Assembly (NCBI GenBank): GCA_045401155.1
Contig: CP174360.1
Span: 513,490 to 577,489 of the forward strand
Direction: 5' to 3'
Length of the DNA: 64,000 bases
Source: Candidatus Minusculum obligatum
GTDB taxonomy: Bacteria; Patescibacteriota; Minisyncoccia; Phycocordibacterales; Phycocordibacteraceae
Part shown: positions 29,725 to 37,983 of the stretch, one piece after another
Layout: every line of letters begins with the position of its first letter
Numbering within the stretch: the stretch's first letter is position 1
Program-made: the position numbers and the translations under genes
The notes under the pieces: model-generated
The model's input: the letters and a program-made list of their open reading frames with translations, nothing else
Told to the model about the DNA's origin: nothing
Databases searched by the model: none

Positions 29725-31905
29725 ATGGACGAAAAATTTAATACACCGTACAACCCACAGGAGACAGAATCACGCATCTATCAGATGTGGGAAGATTCAA
29801 AACTATTTAATCCTGATGAAGCTGTTGCCCAGGGTCACACTGATGAGAATGCTGAGTCATATACAATCGTCCTTCCCCCACCAAACGTAACTGGAGTGCT
29901 TCACATGGGACACGCTTCAATGCTTGCAATTGAAGATACATTTATTCGATACAATCGAATGCAAGGAAAGAAAACTCTTTGGATTCCTGGAACAGACTCT
30001 GCATCTATTGCCACACAAAACGTGGTTGAGAAGAAACTAAAGAAAGAAGAGAAGCTTTCTCGGCATGATATTGGACGAGAAGGACTTCTTGAAAAAATTG
30101 CTGAGTTTGTGGAAGAGAGTAAAAACACCATCATTTCTCAAATCAAAGGTATGGGAGCGTCTCTTGATTGGTCTCGATATGCCTTCACCATGGATGAGAA
30201 ACGATACGCTGCCGTAAACGAAGCATTCATCCGCATGTTTAACGCAGGACTTATTGTGCGAGGACACCGAAGCGTAAACTGGGATCCAAAAGGACAAACA
30301 GTAATCTCAGATGACGAGCTTGATTACAAAGAAGAAAAAACAAAATTCTACTATCTAAAATATGGTCCATTTACCATTGGTACTGCACGACCCGAAACAA
30401 AGTTTGGAGATAAATACGTAGTAATGCACCCAGATGATGAACGATACAAGGAGTACGAGCATGGTCAGAAAATTGAAGTTGAGTGGATCAATGGACCAAT
30501 CACTGCAACCATCATCAAAGATGAAGCGGCAAATCCTGAGTTTGGATCTGGAGTAATGACTATTACCCCATGGCACTCTCAAATCGACTTTGAAATTGCA
30601 CAGCGGCATAATCTAGAGTATGAACAAATTATTGATTTTTATGGAAAGCTTCTTCCTGTTGCAGGAGAAGAATTTGCAGGAATGAAGATTGCTGATGCTC
30701 GAGAAAAAATTATTGAAAAACTTGAGAGCAAAGGACTTGTTGAAAAGATCGACGACAATTACGTACACAATATTGCAACAGGAGATCGAACAGGTGCTGT
30801 TATCGAACCACAAATCATGGAGCAGTGGTTTATTGATGTAAATAAGAAGTTTACCCTTCCTCACTCAAATATAAACGGAATTACTGCTGGATCAGAAGTA
30901 ACACTCAAAGAACTTATGATCGCGGCAGTTAAGAATGAAAATATTGAAATCCTTCCTGAACGATTTAATAAAATTTACTTCCACTGGGTAGAGAATCTAC
31001 GCCCATGGTGTATCTCTCGCCAGATCTGGTACGGACATCGTATTCCTGTTTGGTATAAGGGAGATGAGATTAAAGCTCAAGTTGAATCTCCAGGAGACGA
31101 TTGGAAGCAAGACGAAGATACGCTTGATACGTGGTTCTCTTCAGGGCTTTGGACGCTCTCTACACTTGGATGGCCAGAGAAGACAAAAGATCTAGAGACA
31201 TATCACCCAACAAGCATGCTTGAGACTGGGTATGACATTATCTTCTTCTGGGTAGCCCGAATGATTTTGATGACTACATTCCTTACAGGAGATGTACCAT
31301 TTAAGAAAGTATTCCTACATGGAATGGTGCGCGATAACAAGGGACAGAAAATGAGCAAGAGTAAAGGAAACGGTATTGATCCACTTGATCTTATTTCTGA
31401 ATACGGAGCAGATGCTGCGCGCTTTGCACTTATCACTGGAGCCGCGCCAGGAAATGATATTCCCCTTGATGTACAGCAAGTAAAAGGATACAAACGCTTC
31501 ACAAATAAAATCTGGAACGCGTCACGTTTTGTACTTATGAATACAGAAGGTATAGATATCACAAACAAGCCAGAACTTTCTACTGAAGACCAAAAAGATA
31601 TTGACGAGCTTCACGAAATGGTTGCTGAGGTAGAAAAGCATATCGATACATACCGACTCGATCTTGCCGCAGACCGTGCATACCATTACTTCTGGCACAC
31701 ATTCGCTGATATTATTATTGAGAAGAGTAAGAAAGATCTTGAAGGAGACAATAAGGAAGCAGTTGCGTGGAAGCTGCATTACATCCTTAGAACATCTCTA
31801 AAGACCCTTCACCCCTTCATGCCATTTGTTACTGAAGAAGTTTGGCAATCTCTCCCAGAGACAGATAGTAAATACCTTCTCGTTGCAAAGTGGCCAAAAG
31901 CCTAA
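29725..31905 (+). CDS. valS: Valine--tRNA ligase (no C-terminal coiled coil)
   Basis: PPPNVTG.LHMGH, WCISRQ, DTWFSS, KMSKS. Confidence 0.96.
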   Translation: MDEKFNTPYNPQETESRIYQMWEDSKLFNPDEAVAQGHTDENAESYTIVLPPPNVTGVLHMGHASMLAIEDTFIRYNRMQGKKTLWIPGTDSASIATQNVVEKKLKKEEKLSRHDIGREGLLEKIAEFVEESKNTIISQIKGMGASLDWSRYAFTMDEKRYAAVNEAFIRMFNAGLIVRGHRSVNWDPKGQTVISDDELDYKEEKTKFYYLKYGPFTIGTARPETKFGDKYVVMHPDDERYKEYEHGQKIEVEWINGPITATIIKDEAANPEFGSGVMTITPWHSQIDFEIAQRHNLEYEQIIDFYGKLLPVAGEEFAGMKIADAREKIIEKLESKGLVEKIDDNYVHNIATGDRTGAVIEPQIMEQWFIDVNKKFTLPHSNINGITAGSEVTLKELMIAAVKNENIEILPERFNKIYFHWVENLRPWCISRQIWYGHRIPVWYKGDEIKAQVESPGDDWKQDEDTLDTWFSSGLWTLSTLGWPEKTKDLETYHPTSMLETGYDIIFFWVARMILMTTFLTGDVPFKKVFLHGMVRDNKGQKMSKSKGNGIDPLDLISEYGADAARFALITGAAPGNDIPLDVQQVKGYKRFTNKIWNASRFVLMNTEGIDITNKPELSTEDQKDIDELHEMVAEVEKHIDTYRLDLAADRAYHYFWHTFADIIIEKSKKDLEGDNKEAVAWKLHYILRTSLKTLHPFMPFVTEEVWQSLPETDSKYLLVAKWPKA

Positions 31906-32622
31906 ATGATTGAACTACAAACGATTATATACGCAGCGCTTGGCGGTATTTTACCTGCTCTTATTTGGCTGTACTTTTGGCTTAAGGAAGACTCTCGATG
32001 TCCTGAGCCACGACACTTAATTATCCTTGCTTTTATTGCAGGAATGATTGCGGTACCACTTGTGCTTCCTTTCCAAAAATGGGCACTCGCGCACTATGGA
32101 GAACTGAGTATTGCACTTGTATTTGTCTGGGCTGCGGTTGAAGAACTTATGAAGTATGGAGTGGCTGCGGTTGCCGTACTTTGGCGCCGAGAAGTAAATG
32201 AGCCAATAGACGCCATGATGTATATGGTTACTGCAGCGCTTGGATTTGCGGCACTTGAAAACACCCTCTTCCTCCTCTCTCCTATTGCTGACGGAAGCTT
32301 AGTCGATAGCTTTGTTACAGGAAATCTTCGATTCCTTGGAGCAACATTGCTTCACGTACTAGCTTCTGCTCTTGTTGGATTTGCAATGGCAATATCATTT
32401 TATGCGCACAAAAAACTCATGCCGCTATATACCAGCATCGGACTTATCCTCGCGATTGCATTGCATACCATCTTTAACCTTCTTATAATTTCAAATACAG
32501 GACAGAACACACTTGCAGCGTTTTTCTTTGTTTGGATTGGCGTAGTGGTACTTCTTGTGTTGTTCGAAGTAGCGCGTGTTATCCGATTCAAAAAACCTAA
32601 GAAAAAAGGTGTGCGAAACTAA
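31906..32622 (+). CDS. PrsW-family intramembrane metalloprotease
   Basis: VEELMK, GFAALEN, LHTIFN. Confidence 0.88.
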   Translation: MIELQTIIYAALGGILPALIWLYFWLKEDSRCPEPRHLIILAFIAGMIAVPLVLPFQKWALAHYGELSIALVFVWAAVEELMKYGVAAVAVLWRREVNEPIDAMMYMVTAALGFAALENTLFLLSPIADGSLVDSFVTGNLRFLGATLLHVLASALVGFAMAISFYAHKKLMPLYTSIGLILAIALHTIFNLLIISNTGQNTLAAFFFVWIGVVVLLVLFEVARVIRFKKPKKKGVRN

Positions 32623-32624
32623 TT

Positions 32625-33158
32625 ATGTTTGGAAAAAAGAAAAAACAATCTCTATTTGAAAAGCTTACAGGAAGCGTAAGCTTAAGTGAGGACTATGATG
32701 CATTTGAAGATGACTTCAAACCAGAGGCTCCTGAAGAAACGCCTGTAGCCCCTAGAAAGATGATGGTAAATGAACATGACGAACCACTACCCCCTGAGCT
32801 TGAAGAGGAGCTTGAAGAGGAAGAAGGGTCAGGACAACTTCCTGTAGATGTATACCAGAGTCCAAATGAGATTGTTATTCGTGCATTTGTAGCAGGTGTA
32901 CGCTCAGACATGCTTGATATCTCAATCACTCGAGACATGGTAACGATCTCAGGAGCTCGAGAAGTGCGTGAAGAAGTAGACAATTCTGACTATTTCCATA
33001 AAGAACTGTACTGGGGATCATTTTCTCGAACTATCCTCCTTCCTCAAGAAGTTGATGTAGATGGGTCATCTGCTTCAGCAAAAGACGGACTTCTTACCCT
33101 TATCCTTCCAAAACTAGATAAAGCACGGCAAACAAAACTCAAGGTAAAGAATGGATAA
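32625..33158 (+). CDS. Hsp20/alpha-crystallin small heat shock protein
   Basis: PVDVYQ, ELYWGSFSRTILLP, KDGLLTL.LPK. Confidence 0.9.
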   Translation: MFGKKKKQSLFEKLTGSVSLSEDYDAFEDDFKPEAPEETPVAPRKMMVNEHDEPLPPELEEELEEEEGSGQLPVDVYQSPNEIVIRAFVAGVRSDMLDISITRDMVTISGAREVREEVDNSDYFHKELYWGSFSRTILLPQEVDVDGSSASAKDGLLTLILPKLDKARQTKLKVKNG

Positions 33159-33194
33159 ATAAAAAGAACCCGGTATCGGGTTCTTTTTATTTTT
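33157..33194. terminator. Bidirectional terminator
   Basis: AAATAAAAAGAACCCG-GTAT-CGGGTTCTTTTTATTT. Confidence 0.85.
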
Positions 33195-33195
33195 G

Positions 33196-33269
33196 TGCTG
33201 AGAGGCAGATTCGAACTGCCGACCCCTTGTGCTTCAAACAAGTGCTCTAACCAACTGAGCTACCTCAGC
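33196..33269 (-). tRNA. tRNA-Phe(GAA)
   Basis: Reverse complement: GCTGAGG acceptor, CTTGT-TTGAAGC-ACAAG. Confidence 0.93.
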
Positions 33270-33270
33270 A

Positions 33271-33582
33271 TTATTCCCCTGCCTGGTGATTCTCAAGCGC
33301 CCCTTGCACCTGATCTAGTCCAGGAATCTTGATCAACCCTTCAAAAATACTTGCGTCTCCTGACTTAATACTTTCAAACGTATTGGTTGCTCCGTCAACG
33401 TATGGCTTTAGAAGTGCAAAGTAGATAATGATTGGTAGGCCAAGAATAACTGCCCATACCAAGAAACGAATGATACCGCTCACGAACATGCCTCGCTGTA
33501 TACTCCTGATACGGCGATTGTTCTCCTTTGCAAGTCTAAGGTTCTCTTTTACCAGCCTTTCTAGTCTCTGGTCATCATCCAT
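33271..33582 (-). CDS. Hypothetical single-TM protein
   Basis: Coiled-coil N-terminus plus TM. Confidence 0.65.
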   Translation of the reverse strand: MDDDQRLERLVKENLRLAKENNRRIRSIQRGMFVSGIIRFLVWAVILGLPIIIYFALLKPYVDGATNTFESIKSGDASIFEGLIKIPGLDQVQGALENHQAGE

Positions 33583-33625
33583 ACGATGCACCTTAATATA
33601 GCAAATATAAAGGATTTTAAAAGTG

Positions 33626-33697
33626 TGTCCCCACCAGGAGTCGAACCCAGATTTTTTCCTTAGGACGGAACTGTTCTATCCATTGAACTACAGGGAC
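33626..33697 (-). tRNA. tRNA-Arg(CCT)
   Basis: Reverse complement: GTCCCTG/TGGGGAC, TTCC-GTCCTAA-GGAA, GGTTCGACTCC. Confidence 0.9.
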
Positions 33698-33753
33698 AAT
33701 AGGAAAAACATACCATAGCAATCAAAAAACCGCCTCAAGAGGCGGCTTTTTGA

Positions 33754-33990
33754 TTAAAGACCCAGAAGCTCTTTAAGACGATCCTCATCATATCCGATTA
33801 CCATCTCTTCTCCGATGAAAATAACAGGTACCCCCATCTGTCCACTCTTTTCAATCATCTCTGCACGCTTCTCCTGATCAACAGAAACATCATGCTCTGT
33901 ATACTCAACGCCATTTTCTTTGAAAAACTCTTTTGAAGTTTGGCAGAAATGACATGTTGGTGTGCTGTAGATTGTTACTTGCTTATCCAT
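33754..33990 (-). CDS. Glutaredoxin-like (NrdH/YruB family) protein
   Basis: YSTPTCHFC, GQMGVPV. Confidence 0.9.
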   Translation of the reverse strand: MDKQVTIYSTPTCHFCQTSKEFFKENGVEYTEHDVSVDQEKRAEMIEKSGQMGVPVIFIGEEMVIGYDEDRLKELLGL

Positions 33991-34030
33991 GTGTATCAAT
34001 TTCTATTATGTAATTAGAGGCAGTATACCA

Positions 34031-34399
34031 CTACTCAAATAAACGCAAAAACCAACCAAAAATACCCTCTTTATTCACTTGTTCGGTTGTTGTTGCGGGC
34101 AATGCGTCAAGCACCACAATTACCTCCTCTCCCTCTTTTGCAACATCAAACGTACTCCGCACAAGCGCCTCTTGCCCTCTTTTTGTACTAAGCACTTCAA
34201 GATCTTCAGTAAGGATAGCTTCGCGCTCCTTCACGCTCTCAAACTCTCGAACAGCTTCTGCACGCTTACTTGCCGCCTCCCGCTCCTTACCAAGCAAATT
34301 AAAAACTGTAACCCCTAAAAACCCCACTAAAAGCACTAAAACAAACAGCGTAATACGATTATATATTGGAGAAATTCCTCTTTTCGCACGTCGTGCCAT
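34031..34399 (-). CDS. Septum formation initiator (FtsB/DivIC-like)
   Basis: TM, coiled coil, E.LVR..F...KEGEEVI. Confidence 0.7.
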   Translation of the reverse strand: MARRAKRGISPIYNRITLFVLVLLVGFLGVTVFNLLGKEREAASKRAEAVREFESVKEREAILTEDLEVLSTKRGQEALVRSTFDVAKEGEEVIVVLDALPATTTEQVNKEGIFGWFLRLFE

Positions 34400-34417
34400 A
34401 TGTGCTAGTATAGCACC

Positions 34418-34525
34418 ATGTTATTTGACCCCAAGGTTCGAAAAGTGCTACGTGTAGTCTTTATTGTGGTTGCCGTACTACTTATTCTCTCAATGACCAT
34501 CGCTTTCACTCCTATTTTCTACTAG
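34418..34525 (+). CDS. Small single-TM protein (35 aa), not in ORF track
   Basis: MLFDPKVRKVLRVVFIVVAVLLILSMTIAFTPIFY; fills the gap exactly; TGcTAGTAT -10 six nt upstream. Confidence 0.6.
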   Translation: MLFDPKVRKVLRVVFIVVAVLLILSMTIAFTPIFY

Positions 34526-36309
34526 GAGTCACTCTTAATCATTTTCATAAACACCTCCTCTGGGATATCTACTTTTGCATTAGCAAGAGCCTTTTTCTTT
34601 CCCTTTTTCTGCTTTTCAAGAAGCTTACGTTTACGCGTAATATCTCCTCCATAAAGATGCCCTGTAACATCCTTTCGAAGGGCTGAGAGTGATTTAGATG
34701 AGAGAACACGACCCATAGCTTGCGCCTGGATCTTTGTAACAAACTGCTGCCGAGGAAGAATCTCGTGCAACTTCTCTACAAGCTTCTCTGCATCTTCTTG
34801 CGCTCTTCGCCTTGAAACAATACGTGTAAATGCAGGCACCACCTCCTCTGCCACAAGTACATCAAGACGAACCACATCTGCATTTCGCATCTCAAGCATC
34901 TCATAACTAAGGGATGCATATCCGCTTGATACACTCTTCACACGATCAAAAAATCCACGCATAAGCTCACGAAGCGGCATCTCCGCAAGAATCTCCATAC
35001 GCCCATCTCCAAACGTCTCTGTGGCTCCTACAGCAGCCTCGTGCTCATACAGAAGCTTTAGAATATTATCAATCGTCTCAGGCGTGGTGATAAGCGTGAT
35101 TAATACCCACGGCTCAGATACTGATGCAACGTCACCATGCTCAGGGAACTTAGATGGTGTGTACACGGTAATTGCCTCTCCCTTTTTATTTGTTACCTCG
35201 TAGGTAATTGTTGGCATCGTAACAATAAGTGCCAAATTAAACTCACGTCGCAAACGCTCCGTAATAATCTCAAGGTGTAGCATTCCCAAAAACCCACACC
35301 TAAATCCACGCCCAAGAACTCCTGAAGCCTCCTCCTCAAATGAGATAGATGAGTCTGTAAGCTGCAATCGCTCAAGCGCCTGGCGAAGCAGCGGCAGATC
35401 ATCCTGACTCTCAGGATATACAGATGCCCACACTACAGGTGAAGCCTCCTTGTATCCAGCAAGACTCTCTAGCTTTCCATCCTTTTTACCTACCGTATCT
35501 CCGACATTTACAACTCCTGGCTCCTTAATACCGGTCACAATATATCCAATCTCTCCAACTTCCAGAGAATCTGCCGGTGTTTCCTTTGGCGTAAATACTC
35601 CAACCTCTTGTGCAATAAATCCTTTGCCTGCCTGCTTAAAGTAAAGCTGATCCCCTTTCTTTACCTTCCCATCAAAAAGTCGTGTATAGAGAATAATTCC
35701 CCGGTGATTTGAATAATCAAAATCAAAAATAAGCGCCCGCGGTTCATTTGCCTCTCTATTCTCTGGAGCAGGCACACGCTCAATAAGGGCGTTTAGAAGG
35801 TCTTCTGAACCCTCTCCTGTCTTTCCTGATGTATGGATAATGTCTTCTTTAGAACAATCAATAAGACGAACGATCTCATCTGAAATCTCATCAATGCGCG
35901 CATATGGAGAATCAATCTTTGAAAGCACCGGGATAATCACACACCCCTGCTCTCGCGCCATCGCGAGCGTTGAAAGTGTCTGCGCCTGCACACCCTGCGT
36001 ACTATCCACCAAAAGCACCACCCCCTCTACCGCCTTAAGCGCTCGGGATACCTCATATGCAAAATCAATGTGCCCTGGAGTATCAATAAGATTAATGATG
36101 TACGAAACCCCATCCTTTTCGTACTTCATGCGCGCAGGCTGCATCTTGATTGTAATACCGCGCTCACGCTCAAGGTCCATCTGATCAAGCACCTGATCCT
36201 TCATCTCTCGCTGCGTAATGGTCCCGGTACGCTCAAGAAGCCGATCTGCAAGCGTCGACTTCCCATGATCAATATGGGCAATGATTGAAAAATTTCGTAT
36301 CTCTTCCAT
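34522..36309 (-). CDS. lepA: Elongation factor 4
   Basis: IRNFSIIAHIDHGKSTLADR, GFRCGFLGMLH, YGGDITRK. Confidence 0.97.
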   Translation of the reverse strand: MEEIRNFSIIAHIDHGKSTLADRLLERTGTITQREMKDQVLDQMDLERERGITIKMQPARMKYEKDGVSYIINLIDTPGHIDFAYEVSRALKAVEGVVLLVDSTQGVQAQTLSTLAMAREQGCVIIPVLSKIDSPYARIDEISDEIVRLIDCSKEDIIHTSGKTGEGSEDLLNALIERVPAPENREANEPRALIFDFDYSNHRGIILYTRLFDGKVKKGDQLYFKQAGKGFIAQEVGVFTPKETPADSLEVGEIGYIVTGIKEPGVVNVGDTVGKKDGKLESLAGYKEASPVVWASVYPESQDDLPLLRQALERLQLTDSSISFEEEASGVLGRGFRCGFLGMLHLEIITERLRREFNLALIVTMPTITYEVTNKKGEAITVYTPSKFPEHGDVASVSEPWVLITLITTPETIDNILKLLYEHEAAVGATETFGDGRMEILAEMPLRELMRGFFDRVKSVSSGYASLSYEMLEMRNADVVRLDVLVAEEVVPAFTRIVSRRRAQEDAEKLVEKLHEILPRQQFVTKIQAQAMGRVLSSKSLSALRKDVTGHLYGGDITRKRKLLEKQKKGKKKALANAKVDIPEEVFMKMIKSDS

Positions 36310-37979
36310 TAGAATTCAGATTGCGGCTCTAGCTTTCGTTTATTGAAAAAGCTCATAACTCCAGCCTGTATCTCCTTATACTCCCTATTTGAGAGTCCCC
36401 AGAGTACAAACAAGAACGCTGCAAGACCCAGAGTACCAGCAAGTGCGCCTTGTGCAAGTACGGCAGGCAATGAGGTGAGCGCAAAAATACCACCCAAAAG
36501 CGTAAGCGTTGTATATGCTGTTGCCCCCGCAATAATAGATGCTGCAAAGCTTTGGAAAAATACAGGGATGATTTCTTTTGCAAAACCAGCATACCTACTC
36601 GCGAACAAGAAAAACGCTAGCAACCCTGCTCCAATTTGCCCCAACGCAACCCCAAGAGAAATAGATGCAATCTCAGTTCCTGGCACAAATGACACGCGGA
36701 GCAATGACTCCATAAAGTACGTATACACGGGAACATGTGTATGCACCATAAGCAATAGAACCGCTGCACCAATAGAGACAACCGCACCAATTCCTTGGAT
36801 AACAAGCGGTGTAAATGTTTTCCCAGCCGCATAGTATGCGCGCGCAATAAGAAGAATAAGTGCCTGCCCCACAATAGAAGTCATAAGAAGTGCAAGCACA
36901 GCAGCGGTAAGACGTGTGTCGTCCCACGTAAACTCTCCTGTACCAAACACCACGCGCACAATATGCGCACGTAGCACCACAAATAACACGAGAGAAAGCA
37001 TTGACCACAAAATGAGGTGTCGCGCTGCATCTGATACACGACGCACAAAATTCTCTATATCATTTGCTGCATAGAGTGTGGCAAGTGTAGGAAATGCAAC
37101 AACCGCATACGACGCTCCAATAAGTGCAAGCGGCACTCCCTGCAAATTGTACGCGAAGCTAAAAATTGTAATTGATCCCTCCTTTAAAGGGGCTGCGAGC
37201 ACCGTAACCGCAACTCCAATAACAATAGGAGCAGACAGTGCGAGCGCTCGCGGGAATGAGTGCATTACAATATTTCTAATACGCGTAAAACTTGGGACCT
37301 TTAGATATGGAGTAAGCTTTGCACTAACAACAATTGGTAAGTGGATCACCATGTGCAAGAAAGCACCAAGCACCACTCCAAACCCAAGCCCTGCCATACC
37401 ATAAATAGGTTCTAGGAAAAGAATTCCGAGGATAATTCCGACATTGTAGAACACTCCAGAGAGCGCATAAAGCAAGAATCTCTTCTCAAGCTGCGTCACG
37501 CTACTTACAACACTTGAAAGCCCCAGCAAGATTGGCTGCAATAGAAGAATTCTTGTAAGTAACACGAAATCAGAAAATACCTCTGTGTCTGCAAAACTTG
37601 GATAGAGTGCCTCTAGTATCTGTGGCGTGTAAACCGCAACCACAATGCCAACTGCACCTAATGTAATCGTTAAAAACAAAAGTGCATCAGAGAGAAGCTC
37701 TTTTGCTTTTTGTTTTGATTCTTCACTCGCCCTTGCGATAAGCGGAATCAAAATGTAGGCAGATACAAGAGATGCAATGAGTGCGAAGAGAAGGTCTGGC
37801 AATTTAAACGCTGCATAGTACACATCAAGTAACTCACTTGCTCCAAAACTATGTGCAAGTATACGATCACGCAAAAGCGCAAGCAATTGCGCTAAAAACG
37901 TGAATATCGCTACTGTATATGCCGCGGCATGTAGATTCGCTACTTCTTTGCGAATGATGCGGAAGAAGGAACGAACCAT
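36309..37979 (-). CDS. murJ: Lipid II flippase MurJ/MviN
   Basis: LLRDRILAHSFGA..LDVYYAAFKLPD, multi-TM. Confidence 0.88.
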   Translation of the reverse strand: MVRSFFRIIRKEVANLHAAAYTVAIFTFLAQLLALLRDRILAHSFGASELLDVYYAAFKLPDLLFALIASLVSAYILIPLIARASEESKQKAKELLSDALLFLTITLGAVGIVVAVYTPQILEALYPSFADTEVFSDFVLLTRILLLQPILLGLSSVVSSVTQLEKRFLLYALSGVFYNVGIILGILFLEPIYGMAGLGFGVVLGAFLHMVIHLPIVVSAKLTPYLKVPSFTRIRNIVMHSFPRALALSAPIVIGVAVTVLAAPLKEGSITIFSFAYNLQGVPLALIGASYAVVAFPTLATLYAANDIENFVRRVSDAARHLILWSMLSLVLFVVLRAHIVRVVFGTGEFTWDDTRLTAAVLALLMTSIVGQALILLIARAYYAAGKTFTPLVIQGIGAVVSIGAAVLLLMVHTHVPVYTYFMESLLRVSFVPGTEIASISLGVALGQIGAGLLAFFLFASRYAGFAKEIIPVFFQSFAASIIAGATAYTTLTLLGGIFALTSLPAVLAQGALAGTLGLAAFLFVLWGLSNREYKEIQAGVMSFFNKRKLEPQSEF

Positions 37980-37983
37980 AGTA

